From Utricularia gibba (taxonomy: Eukaryota; Plantae; Magnoliophyta), in NCBI GenBank assembly GCA_002189035.1, contig NEEC01000016.1, positions 2,356,001 through 2,420,000 of the forward strand: a stretch of 64,000 nt of DNA, given 5' to 3'. The position numbers and the translations under genes were made by a program. A model generated the notes under the pieces. The model saw nothing but the letters and a program-made list of their open reading frames with translations. It ran no database searches and was not told where the DNA came from. Positions 52,600 through 64,000 of this stretch are shown here, piece by piece (within the stretch, counting starts at the first letter, position 1; each line of letters opens with the position of its first letter).

Positions 52600-55500
52600 G
52601 CTTCGGAGCACCAAATCTCCTTCGAAGAATTCCCTTGTCTGAGAGTCCGGTTTGTAACCTCTTTAAGACCATTACTCTGAGGGGTGATAAACCGAGGTGA
52701 AGCTATGTTTAACCAAGTATATGTCTAAAAATGCATCTATCTTCCCCCCAGCAAATTAGGTGCCGTTATCGGTTACCAGCTCCCGAGGTACCCCGAATCG
52801 GATGAAGATGTTTCTCCAAAGGAATCGGATAATGGTTTCCTTTGATATCTTTGCCACGGCTTCTGCTTCCACCCATTTGGAGAAATATTCTATTCCCACG
52901 ATAACAAATTTCCTTTGGCCCGAGGTTTGGGGAAAAGGTCCCATGAGAGTGGCAGAATAGCCAAGTTGTTTACTGGTTTTCTAGGTATGCTTGCATGGTA
53001 TTGGAATACTTTGCACCTTCTTACCACTTTCGACATCCTACTTCATAGTTAGCCAATAATATCTGCTTCTCAATGCCTTTCTGCACAGTGATCGTATCCT
53101 AAAATGACTGCCGCATTCTCCCTCATGCAAATCAGTTATGAGCTCTTGAGATTGCTCTTTTCCGATACATCTCAACAAGTGCCCATCAAAGCACTTCTGA
53201 TACAGAACTCTGCCTATTAATATGTATCTTGGTGCCTTGATCTGCAGTTTTCGGGCCTCCGATTTATCGACTGGTATCTCTCTTTTTTGTAGATATCGGA
53301 TATAGAGCGTCGTCCAATCTTCAAGGGGATTTAGATGCAAAGAGATGTCGTTCACCGGTTGTTGGATAATATGGTTCACTGCTCGTAAGACCATCGAGGG
53401 TTGATCCCACAACCGGATCATCACACTTCCTTCCTTTAACTCCTGAAATCCCATGACAGATCGGGCAAGGCTATTTGCGGATCCGTTTTCTTCGTATGCC
53501 ACATGTGACAGGGTAAACTCCTTGAAGGTCTTCGACAACTTCTTCACCTTAACGCAATATAAAGCCATTAATGGATCGTGAGTTTTGTACTCACCAGAAA
53601 ATATTCCTTGCACCAGTTGCGAGTCAGTATAAGCATCGAGTTCTACAACTCCAAGCTCCTTGGCTACCTTCATTCCTTCAATCAAGGCTTCATACTCGAC
53701 AATATTATTGGTGGTGGGGAATGAGAATTTCACCGTCATGTCGACACACATGGCTCATCGGTCATTGGTTTCCATGAAACGATCAATTGGCCTAGTCATC
53801 TCGACCACGAAATCGGCGAGAGGTTGAGCTTTGATTGTCGTTCTCGATCTGCCCATTTGGCAACCCTTCCAGAATGCTCTTCAATGGTTGATTCGTGAAT
53901 ACTACGATATGCCGATCCTGGATATACGGCTTCAATGTAGTGGCGGCCATCTTCAGTGCGAAGATGAAATTTTCAGTTACCGAATACCGGGTTTCTGCTA
54001 GTAGAAGAACCTTACTCACATAATACACCGGTAGGTGCTTCTCCTCGGAAATAAACTTCAAGACTGCATCGACCGCAATGGGTGATACTGATAGTTAGAG
54101 CCCCAAGGGCTCCCCTTCCTTCAGAGCCATCAGAAGTGGGGGTGATGAAAGATATTCCTTGAGTTTTTCAAAGGTGACTTGACAATCCTCGCTCCATTCG
54201 AGAGTATTTCCTTTTCAGAGAGCTTTGAAGAAAGATGCCAATTTGTTTGTTGATCGAGATATGAATTGGCTGAGGGCAGCAAATTTACCTGTGAGACTCT
54301 AATATTCTAATATGAATTGCATTTCACATATTGCCTTTATCTTCGTGGGATCGGCTTCAATTCCTCTCTTCGATATGTAATGTCCGAGCAATTTTCTACT
54401 CTGCACCCCGAAGCAACACTTTAGCGGGTTGAGCTTTAACCCGTATGACCGACACAGAGAGAAACAAGAATCCAAATAAGTCAAGTGATCTTCTTCATTC
54501 ATTGACTTCACGATCATATCGTCCACATACACCTCCATGGAGGTACCGATTTTAGAAGAGAAAATTTTATTCACAAGTCTTTGATACGTAGCCCCAGCAT
54601 TCTTCAAACCGAAAGACATCGCAACATAGTAGTAAACCTCATTCCTTGTGTAGAAGGTGGTTTTTGGCTGATCCTTCTCCGCCACAAAATCTGATGATAT
54701 CCGGAGTATGTGTCCATGGTGCTTTGGAATCGGGATCAGGCAATGGCGTCTACCAACTTGTCAATCTTTGGGAGGGGGTAAGGATCCCTCTCGCAACAAG
54801 CATTGAGATCGGTGAAGTCGTCACACATTCTCCATTTTCCCCCGGGCTTTGGGACAACGACAAGGTTGGCCATCCATTCAAAGTACTGAATCTCTTTCAC
54901 ATAGCCAGCTTCTAGCAGCTCTCTTGTTTTCTCTTTGATAATCCGACACTTTTGCTTAGAAAAATGCCATTGCTTCTATCAAATCAGCTTTGCTCCCGAA
55001 TAGGTATCAATGTGGTATTCGGCGGTAGATGGGCTGATACCTAAAAAGTTTGCAGTAGTCTTCAAAAGTTCCGCTAACCTTTTCTCAAATTCGGCAACTA
55101 AGTTGATGCCAATGTGAGTTGTCTTCTACATATCCCCTGGTATTAACTGCAAGGGCTTGTATCCTACCGGTTCCATTGCTTGTCTCTTTGCATATGGGTC
55201 TTGGCAAGAAGACACATAACATGACCAGGTGGCTGGTTGATCGATATCCAGCGTGCAAATGCCCCTTGGTGTTGGAAACTTAACTTTCAGATGAACAGTA
55301 GAGGGGACCATACCGAATTGGTTGATCCCTGGTCGGCCAAGAATTATATTTTACGACACCTCCGAATCCAGTATCAAGAATTCCAGCCTCTCAGTCTGAT
55401 TTCGTCTTGTTGCGTCAAATGTTTTATTTTCCCGACCGTCTGCACAACCCGCTGATCGAAAGCATATAGCTCTATGCAGATTGGGTGGATATCTCCCTCC

Positions 55501-56866
55501 TTGGATGACGCTAGTAATTCGGCCACCTCCTTCTTCATGATGTTGCAGGAGGATCCTTGATCGATAAGGATTCTTCTTCCTTTGGTGCTTCTGCATATTC
55601 CTGCCACTACTAGAGGTTCATTTCATGCCACAGGGCCGACGGGGACGTCTCTTTCAGGGAAATTGATTTCTTCCTTATCCCAAGCGTCTTTCTCAATTAG
55701 ATCTTTCCCGATTTCGAAGACTTCTCCTGTTCTAGCTTCATCCAAATATCTCTTCCTTGCTTTTCCCGACTCATCGATTTTAGTGCCACCGGAAACCATA
55801 TGAATCTTCCGAATATAGGGGGCTGTCTTGCACATGGTTAGCATCCCTTGAACTTTCTGGTTTATCTTGTCCTTTTTTGGGCTTCAAGTTTCTGTTGGCA
55901 CATGGGGCACCTCTTGGCTGTCTAGGAGGGAATTTCGAATACCGGTTTCCTTCTTTCGACGGGTGTTCGTTACTTCCCCTTTTGCATTCCGCCATTTATG
56001 AGGGGTTTCATGTTGCACTGTGCGTCTCAGCACCAGCATGATATTGCTCAATCATTCTTTTCATTACCTAGCAATCAACAGTGTCGTGCCCCATTGTTTT
56101 GTGTATCTCGTAGTAGGTGTTCGTTCTGGATGGCTCCACCTTATACACTTCGTGGCGCTTGTTCGGGCGAGGGACCTGCCGGAATGCTCTTCTTTCTACG
56201 AGATCGGTCGAATTTCCACGCGGCTTCTCATTTCGGCTCTAAGATCGTCATCGACTCGAATGTACTTCATAATCTTTCTCAACAATTCCCCAAGGTTCCT
56301 CGGCGGGACTTCGACAGACTCTGCCCCAATTAAGTCGTCCAAGAAGGGGTCAAAGCACAGTGCTAAGGTACCCCGCTATTCCTTTAGCACTACTTTTCAG
56401 AGCCAAATCAATATCGGCCAAAACATCCCCTCTCCCAGTACATACGTTCTGGTCGAACGCATCTCTAAACCCTCTGCTCTCTCTAGCCCTGGGTGGTGTT
56501 TATCTGTCGATTAGCCTTTTCTTCTTGCGAATCTCGTCTAGTTCTCTCCTCAACTCTTCTTCTCTTTTTTCCAAAATTTTACTAGCCATATCTCCTTTCT
56601 CTGTACCCAGCTCATAGATGACTTGGTTGCGTCTCTTCCTCCGCAATATTTCTTCCTCAATTTCGGACTCAGTCTCCATGTCCTAGAGATATTTCGGTAA
56701 TAGGGGTTGCGTCCCCTCCCACGTGTTAGAATTTAGTCCCGAGGATGATTTGATGTCGAAAAATATCTCGGTCATGAGGGCTTTAAGTTGTTCCTTGTTG
56801 AGCACCATGAGGCTAGGGTCTTGTACGCTGGCGCCACCTTCGTTGCCAAAGTTGGTGGCCATGTTG
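52600..56866 (-). pseudogene. gag-pol of Tat element 2 with many stops and frameshifts
   Basis: Protease ILIDQGSS, RT YVDDMIVKS, RNase H LPVYYVSKVL..ETRY, additional RNase H TNNIVEYEALIEG..DSQLV, integrase LHEGECGSH and EYFSKWVEAE..PRELVTDNGT. Confidence 0.9.
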
Positions 56867-56932
56867 TTTTCCACCATAATGAGCATTTGGTGAGTAGCTT
56901 CTATGGATTTCTCAAGTGGGACAATAGATCTT

Positions 56933-56950
56933 GCCCCACGGTGGGTGCCA
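56933..56950 (-). other. Primer-binding site for tRNA-Lys(CUU)
   Basis: Reads TGGCACCCACCGTGGGGC on the minus strand, one mismatch to the complement of the plant tRNA-Lys(CUU) 3' end GCCCCACGGTGGGCGCCA. Confidence 0.85.
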
Positions 56951-56953
56951 AAA

Positions 56954-57455
56954 TGTTGAGGGCAAAAATTAGTATTAGGGCAGGAGCCGATTTTCGGGTT
57001 ATGGGTGCGGCCGAGTGCGTCTTACCCGATTTAGGTTCACGTGTTGTGTGGGGTGCAATGCGATTAACTTAAACAGGGAAAGACGGGATTTTTACGTGGA
57101 AACCGTCGGAAAACGGAAAAACCACGGAGCTATCGGAGCTTGCGGGAAAATGATCTACTAGATGGAGGAGGTGAGGAAATACAAGTTGGAGGGCTTGGGG
57201 TTGTTCCCTTTCTTCTGCACGATTTGACCAAATCCTGAATTCTGTATTTGTCGGCTACGTTCTGTGCGTGTTGTACATACTATAGTCCTGCTTTCAGGTA
57301 ACCGCCAACTACCCTACCATTGCTGTAATTCGGCTACTTTTCAGACTATCCAAAATGGCCGCTACTAGCAATCCCCTGATAGTTATCGGTCTATCGGCCT
57401 ATAATTTGGCTACTTTTCAGTGACCGATTACCTCACTCCGATTTATCCCCCATCA
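56954..57455 (-). repeat. 5' LTR of Tat element 2
   Basis: TGAT...AACA on the minus strand, adjacent to the PBS; lacks the ~26-nt TATA-containing segment present in the 3' LTR. Confidence 0.9.
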
Positions 57456-58223
57456 CAAACAGTACAAAGTGTTGAGTTTGATGAATGAGAAGTAATTAGT
57501 GTCATGTATATTAAAGCTATGTTTCGAAAAAATTTTAAGTATTATTTTTTTTTATTAATAATAATTTTACATAGAGCATTTACTATTTATTTTTTTTTTG
57601 TTTTTGACAAAAATAATTTTTGAATATAGTTAAAAAATGAAACAGAAGTATAAATAATAATGCTTATTTCTATTTATTATTTATATTTTTGACATCAAAA
57701 TCTTGAAAATATTTCTATTTTTGCAATTTTTTTCAAAATACGTCATTTCTATTTCTACTTCTTACAAAGATTTTCTATTTCTATTTTTTATTTTCTCAAA
57801 AATAAAAATAATATTCAAAAACTTTCGACAACTCTTTTTAATATTGTTTATAGACATGGATTCTTTTAGTCCTCGTTTGTTAGGTGGGTTTAGCCCTCTA
57901 AAGCCTTAAGTAAAAAGTTTTGTATGTGTTTGTTGTGGTGGTTTAGTAAAACTCAAGGGTTTGTGATATCCTGAAATAAGCCTGTAGCTGATGGTTTCAC
58001 AAAACCCACGTGTGAGGTGGGTTTAAAGAAACCCATCTCACACAAATAAAACTTTGTCGATAATACCCTTCTACTTCATAAGAAAATCTGCAACAATAAA
58101 TCTTTTTATTTTTTCATCCTCTTCAACACAAATTTGTCAGGTTTTTGCAGGTGCGCATTCTAATATTTCAATGAAAACCCATACTTCAATTTAAGTCAAG
58201 AGTTCTTATTTTTTGTTTCGCAA

Positions 58224-59047
58224 ATGATGGAGTCGGGTGATTTTTTTTCGAAAATTGCAATAGATTGTGCGTTGCTTATTGAGGCTGTTGCAATGGTTTC
58301 AAAGAAGATTATTTTGGCTGCCCTTGCTGCGGCGCATTGCGTTGGTCAGCACCTATTGTTATGCGAATTATGATTGTCATAATGTTGCATTTTTGCTGTA
58401 CATCAACCGATAGGAGAATTCGGCTTCTCATATCGAGAAAAGATACCATGACAAATAGAGCATTTGATTGCCTTGTTATCTAATTCAAGGAATGCTTGTC
58501 TTGAAAACTTACGCTTAAGTGTACATGTCTTCAACAAGTTATGTTATGTTCTTTGAAGTAATGGTAGACTAACCACTTCAAGGTATGTCGATGTTCCAAA
58601 GCACATTGCATTGTTTTTGGGTATTTTAGGTCATCACAAGAAAACAAGGCAACAAAAATTTTAATTCATGCGAAGCAACTGGAGCGTGTCCAAATATTTC
58701 AATGTGGTATTGTTGGCGGTGCTGTCATTGCACCAAAATTTACTTAAGACACCTGTGCCAAAACGTGGTATTAGAATGCGAAGGAATATTTCAACATGCA
58801 GCATGCTTCTATAAGGAATGTTATTGAGAGGGCATGGGGTCTAATGAAAATGAGGTGGGGTATTTTACGAAGTTATAGTTTTTATCCCATTAAAACACAA
58901 ACTCGTATCATCCTCACATGTGCCCTGCTTCACAATTTTATTCGGCAAGAAATGTCAACTGATCCATTGGAAGAAGTCATTCCAGAAGAGTACCGCAATC
59001 CGGATTCACAGGACTATGAAGATGATGAAAATATTTCCTCCATATGA
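58224..59047 (+). pseudogene. Harbinger transposase relic lacking the central catalytic region
   Basis: CLENLRLSVHVFNKLC..IALFLGILGHH..SVSKYFNVVLLAV then jumps at about 58770 to NAKEYFNMQHASIRNVIERAWGLMKMRWGIL..IILTCALLHNFIR. Confidence 0.85.
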
Positions 59048-59349
59048 AACTTAGAGTGGACACAGTGGGGGAATTCAATGGCTGAGAGAATGTTTGTGCA
59101 ATGGAGAGAGACCACATGAAGAAGGGTATAAGGTGTACAAATGAACGCTGATATTTTATTGGTTTGGCTTAAAGACATTTTATTTCATTTTCCAATAATT
59201 GATAAGCATTGCCCTGTGTTGTATTCATATTGTGCAAAAACATCAATTATTCCAAAGTCGATTTGTTTCTTACATTGGGTTAATGCCCACGGTGAACTGC
59301 TTTATTTATGCTAGACTGTTGTCACAACAATGTGATATAGTCACTGGAA

Positions 59350-59750
59350 ACCGAAATTTGCAGTGCCTAGAAAGATAGGATAACCTAAAGGATGCTTCAG
59401 ATTTACACACACCATTCACTCATACGTATAGGTGCAACTATTGCAGCTCTACACTATCTCCATAGACATTGGAAGAATTGCGTTCCAGGCACTGCAAATT
59501 CCTACTCTCGGTGTCTGGATGAAATGCATTCCTTGCTTCGCAAAATGCCGCTCTTGATGCCTGGAAGACCAGAGTACTAGGCACCGCAAAATTTTGGTCT
59601 GGGTGTCTAGAAGACACCCCTTCTAGGCACCGCAAAAGGCTACTCTCCGTGTCTGGGAGGCATGCCTTCCAGGCACTACAGAATACCGCTCTCCATGTCT
59701 GGAAGACACACATTTTACGCACTGCAAAATTTGTTCGCGGTGCCTGTAGC
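59350..59750. repeat. Array of ~45-47-bp degenerate repeats with core AGGCACYGCAAA
   Basis: Cores at 59487, 59579, 59625, with variants at 59671 and 59717, usually followed by CTCTC(C/G)GTGTCTGG; inverted cores at 59357 and near 59735. Confidence 0.8.
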
Positions 59751-59919
59751 AATCAGGGGCCGGAATGAATATCAGGCCTCACGTATCTGGGCCTCATAAC
59801 AAACCCTCTAGCCTAATCATCACCTCCCTTCACCATGCACCTAATCGCCGCACATTGCAAAGCAGGGCACACTGTCCCCACCTCAGCCGCATGGTCCCTC
59901 CACCATTTGGTTCCCTCTA

Positions 59920-61748
59920 ATCTGTCTATCTCAAGAAATGCTTACTTCCAAGAAACTCCAAGTTCGGTTCACAATTCCAGAGACGCACAATATGTAGGAC
60001 AAAGGCAAGTGATGAGACAATTGATGGTGAGGTTCCGTCCAGGGTTGGAGTAACCGGATTTTTGGTGTCCACCGAACACTTTCAGTGTGGACTTCGCTTG
60101 CCACCACCACCATTCATATTCGAGTTGCTGGCATGTTTTGAGTTCCCATTGTCCCACTTGACACCCCGCTCAATCGCTTATGTCTTGGCCTTTCTAAGTG
60201 TGTGCATGGAGGAACAAATTACTCCAGCCCTACCAATTTTTTTTGCTTTAAGTGTGTGTATTCAAAACTGGAAACTAATCATTTTTCACTGAAGGGTAAG
60301 CCAGTTATTGCACTTGTAATTTCTATTCAGAGTGGATATGATGCATGGTGGACAAGCTTCATTTGGGTGTGTCCGCTAGAAGACCTACGAATTTCAACTA
60401 CTCTTGGCTCCTACAAGAAAATTGGAAAGGCAAAGAGTAATGTGTGATGTAGTATGGTGGCATGGCTAGTGTACTGTGATTTATGTTATTCGATTATTCA
60501 TGTTGTAGGATTTGATAGACTATCGAAGCATGGGGTGGATGCCTTGTTGACTATGTTTAGTGAAAAGAGTAAGGCGTTGAATGACATAGTATCCCCTGTG
60601 GTGGACGCCACCGGTACTCACCACTTCTGATGTGGTCAGGGCAGAGTGATACGCGAGCGCCCAAAGCCTGGCGACTTAATCATTGAGGAAGAGATGTCAC
60701 TAGCATTTGCATTTGATCGATAGTGGGATGTAGGGAGCAATGTGGAAGAAGACAACCCGCAACCAACTGCTAGTGTGGATGTGCATCGAATTCTAGAAGA
60801 GAATGCCCAGCTACATGTAAGGCTAGATTGGTATGAAAGTAGGTGGGCATACACTGGCCCCAATTCATCGCCCAAGCAACAAGTGCGCAAGCACCTTGTA
60901 TTAGATGTCAACGGATTGCTAGCAAACATTGTCTTCAAAGCCAAGTACCAAAGGTTGTATCAGAAACCAGACGTTGTGATATTTGGGTGAAATAGTAAGA
61001 TACCTTAACATTGTCTCATCGTTGTGTCATGTTCAACCGATCCATTAGTTTTTCTCACTTTGGCAGTCTTCCTCAGGCCCTTCGCTCACAAGTTCATCGA
61101 ATGGTGTCTTGCAAACTTTGATGTCGGCATATGGTCTTCAAGGGGCATGTAAGTTCCATTCCACAAAAACTACAGTGTATGTGCTCCTATCTAATGCTCT
61201 AACATCTGTCTATGTTCTATAGTGCACAACTACATGAGATCATCAAGTGGGTGTTTGGGCCAGATGCAGACACTCGCTAGCTTACATATGGGATGCATTG
61301 AAGACCATTGAAACGCATGTACATGTGCATGATAATAGGTCAAAAGCTGCTGTGTTGAAGGAGTTGTCGCAGATTTGGGGGGAAGATGAAGGCTTCTTGG
61401 GTCAGTATGATGCAACCAACACCTTACTTATTGACGACTCCCCATTCAAGTCCATCGGAAATCCAGTTAAGTCAATTTGCAATCATATGATCTGGTACGC
61501 ATGTTTCCTATTGACACTTAGGCCATGGTCTTATTGTGCCACAGCATGACAACGCTGTCTTCCCGACGCCATACCAGTACATGGATGTAAGCGATGATGC
61601 GTTAGTTGACTTTGGAGAAATATGCATATTCCTTCAAGGTCTACTAGAAGCAAATGATGTACTAAGTTTTGTGAAGCATGCATGAATTGGACAGCCTCCT
61701 TTAGATGCTAATCACCCCCTATGAGATTATTACAAAATACTTGCTTGA
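59920..61748 (+). pseudogene. Five-exon gene fusing a Transposase_28-like domain to an FCP1/NIF-type HAD phosphatase domain (decayed)
   Basis: N-terminal LQVRFTIP..EHFQCGLRLPPPPFIFELL..LSHLTPRSIAYV..YDAWWTSFIWV. C-terminal KHLVLDVNGLL, FLRPFAHKFIEWCLANFDVGIWSS, VLKEL, TNTLLIDDSPFKSIGNP, HDNAVFP, GQPPLDANHP. GT-AG introns 60437-60508, 60995-61066, 61149-61222, 61466-61544. Confidence 0.78.
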
Positions 61749-62520
61749 ACATACGTAGCATATAACATTGGTTTGAATTTCGGAACATTATTATGTTACT
61801 CACTCTATTTTAATCATGGATTTGTCAATATACATTTGATAAATTAAAATAAGTAAATATACGTTCTCAAATATTCTTATACGCATATTTATTTTAAATA
61901 ATACCTTGATTTAATATCTTATATTTCTTAGATTACTTTGTTTACTACAATGCCAAAAGAATTTGTTTGAATAATTGGATTCAAAAAACCTTTTATTTAT
62001 TACATGTTTTATTGATCATGTATAATATTTATTAGAAGTATAATCTTTTTATTTATTTTCTGTATAAATTTTAAATATTGACTCTACGAAACAAATTTAA
62101 ACATGTGGTAACATTCAAAATAAATGGGAACTAAAACAATGTTGAATCAAAAATTCCATGTAAAATATCACATTCTTGTATAAATAGGAAATTTATCAAA
62201 AACTTGATGCAAGTTAATGAATTTTTCTTATTGAAAATTCTACATACCCAAATTGTATGTAAACACGTAGTCATCATAATATTCAATTGTCAGGATAAAA
62301 AACTAATGGAAATTTAAACATTTACACTCTTACACAAATTCGTGAAAGTCTTATTGAATAAAATTGTCTCTATAATTTCCTTAAAATATGTATACGATGC
62401 GATCACTCAAACTTGTTGTTATTCGATATGTATGTGCGGACATATTTTAATTTATGATAATTTTTTGTAATTAAAATATATTATTATAGAGATATAGCGA
62501 ATTTACGTATCATAATATAT

Positions 62521-62790
62521 GCACATAGGCACTTAGTTGGCGCATCAATGCCAAGCACCGCAAGCGCATATTTGCAGTGCCTGGAAAGATAGGATGCATG
62601 TCTCCGAAGGACAATCCAATGCAGTCAATACTTCACATTCTAAAAGTGGGAGGTCGGGCTGAGTGCCACACACATGCACTCAGTTGGCGCATTGATACCA
62701 AGCATCGCATGTGCATGCTTGCGGTGCCTTGAAAGATTGGATGTATGATAGGCACCGCATCCGCATATTTGTGGTGCCTAGAAAGGGACG
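62521..62790. repeat. Right-hand repeats sharing the GCACYGCA / TGCRGTGCCT motif
   Basis: A ~75-bp unit is repeated at about 62527 and 62676, each with a dyad GCACCGCAA-spacer-TTGCAGTGC; TTTGCAGTGCCT(A/G)GAAAGATAGGAT is shared with 59357-59381. Confidence 0.75.
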
Positions 62791-63003
62791 AGGCCTGCTG
62801 TTCTGCTTTCTATAGGTTACACCTCTCAATAAAGATCTTTGGTTACATAAATTGAAATCAGATATCAGCTACTCATAGCAAACATGTAAAGTGTAATATT
62901 GTCACTGAAAGCAACATGATCGTCATGATACATGGACATCATAGGTGGATATGATCAAAACAACCAACGAAACAACAAGGGAAAAACGAAGGTGTAACCA
63001 ACA

Positions 63004-63943
63004 TCATAAACCTCTGACAATCTCATTCACCATAACTTCACGTTTCGCACTATTGCTGTCTAGAAAGAGCTGTAGCTTTATGGGGTTACTCAAGATGACT
63101 TCAGTTACTCCTAGACGCTGCATTGTAGTTAATTGCGATGGCATCCCTATGATGATGTTTGCAGCAGCATTTTGACATTCTCGTAGGTCATTGGTTTCAG
63201 TAGTAAGAATTTCTCCTAGTTGTGCGATGGCATCATTTGTTCGCTTACTCATTTCTTTCAACTCCTCCACCAAGATATCAAGTTTTGGACCTTGCCTCCT
63301 CTTTTTCTTCCTAGGTTCGTCACCATTGATCGGTATAGAGCAATTACCTATGCGGCCTCCAAGAGTCCCTCCAGATGAGGGATACTCTTCATATGTAGAG
63401 GATGCATCATGTGATCGCTGGTCACCATTTTTTTCCAGGTCAACCTCCACTTCAGGATACTCAAGAAGATGCATTGGTTAATCCAAACCAGCCATAGAGT
63501 CATCAGCCTGGTGTGTTGCATCAACAGCATCAGGGACACATTCTAAAAATTCTCCAGTGGCTCTATCTTTACTGAAGATGATGTACCAATCTGGAGAGTA
63601 AGGCTAGCGCTTAAACTGCAACAAATTGTACACCTTCTTATTGTGTTGTACATCTAATCCATAAGTTAGATAGGGTATTGTAATCTTTTTTCCAGTTATG
63701 AATCTTTGATTGCATATGGGGAGTGCCTCTGATATCTGAGCCGGCACACAATTTGAGGAACGCTTCCTCTAGTGCTTGAAGGTAATTACCTTTGAATCTA
63801 TTCTTTGCTTTCCACCCACCTTGAATAATATCCTTTAGAGTTTGGATTAGAAAGCGCTCTTCATCAAGTTTCCACTGTCTTTTGGTCTTAATGTTATCAC
63901 CACTTCTTCCTCGTTTTGTTGTAGGCATGTTTACTCCAACCAT
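63004..63943 (-). pseudogene. Myb/SANT-like DNA-binding gene of the Harbinger element (decayed)
   Basis: KRQWKLDEERFLIQTL..GGWKAKNRFKGNYL..HMQSKIHNWKKDY, then IFSKDRATGE and a C-terminal helical region; internal stops near 63604 and 63478. Confidence 0.82.
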
Positions 63944-64000
63944 TTCTGCAACCAACACGTAAGTGCACAACTGACAAATGAAAAATTTATGCAATGTCGT

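Larger units (their letters stand above)
49888..57455 (-). mobile_element. Tat-lineage Ty3/gypsy LTR retrotransposon 2 (decayed gag-pol, 3' deletions)
   Basis: LTRs 56954-57455 (5') and 49888-50421 (3'); perfect TSD CAAAC; tRNA-Lys PBS 56933-56950; PPT GAGGGGCTGAA at 50422-50432; order PROT-RT-RH-aRH-INT is characteristic of Tat. Confidence 0.93.
57869..64000. mobile_element. PIF/Harbinger DNA transposon (right end beyond the window) with an internal extra gene
   Basis: Candidate left end TTA|GTCCTCGTTTG (PIF-type TIR after a TTA target), DDE_Tnp_4-type transposase relic on + and convergent Myb/SANT-like gene on -. Confidence 0.75.

Noticed and set aside
56933-56950. tRNA-Lys gene fragment
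   Set aside because: Only the 18 nt matching the tRNA 3' end including CCA are present, adjacent to an LTR; it is a primer-binding site, not a tRNA gene.
59342-59360. CACTG terminus suggesting a nested CACTA element around the cargo gene
   Set aside because: No matching inverted terminus or 3-bp TSD was found near 62800-62910.
59350-59750. CRISPR-like repeat array
   Set aside because: Eukaryotic context, degenerate units, no unique spacers of regular length and no cas genes.

Overview
AT-rich flowering-plant nuclear DNA with three compact gene islands separated by nested transposon blocks. Island 1 (1.9-8.9 kb): SHAGGY/GSK3 kinase (+), galactinol synthase (-), SWC4/DMAP1 (+). Island 2: LACS1 (+, 21.1-24.8 kb). 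Island 3 (27.2-39.4 kb): chloroplast glutamyl endopeptidase CGEP (-), a small CP12-derived relic (+), a bZIP53-like S1 bZIP with its conserved sucrose-repression uORF (-), and VPS51 (+). TE blocks hold two TSD-bounded Tat-lineage Ty3/gypsy elements (12574-18816, TSD AAATG; 49888-57455, TSD CAAAC), Athila-like LTRs (one inserted exactly inside a tRNA-Lys primer-binding site), a Mutator-type MITE with a 10-bp TSD in the LACS1 promoter, hAT, MULE and chromovirus relics, and a PIF/Harbinger element running off the right end. The best candidate for an undescribed system is inside the Harbinger: between the transposase and Myb/SANT genes lies a decayed five-exon gene fusing a Transposase_28-like domain to an FCP1/NIF-type HAD phosphatase domain, bracketed by arrays of a repeated GCACYGCAA motif. 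A related Transposase_28-like domain occurs in a spliced antisense gene whose two introns are conserved in both Tat elements. Five single-base frameshifts in short homopolymers (LACS1 x2, CGEP, VPS51 x2) look more like assembly errors than real gene loss. All family calls come from motif recognition by eye; no database search was run.
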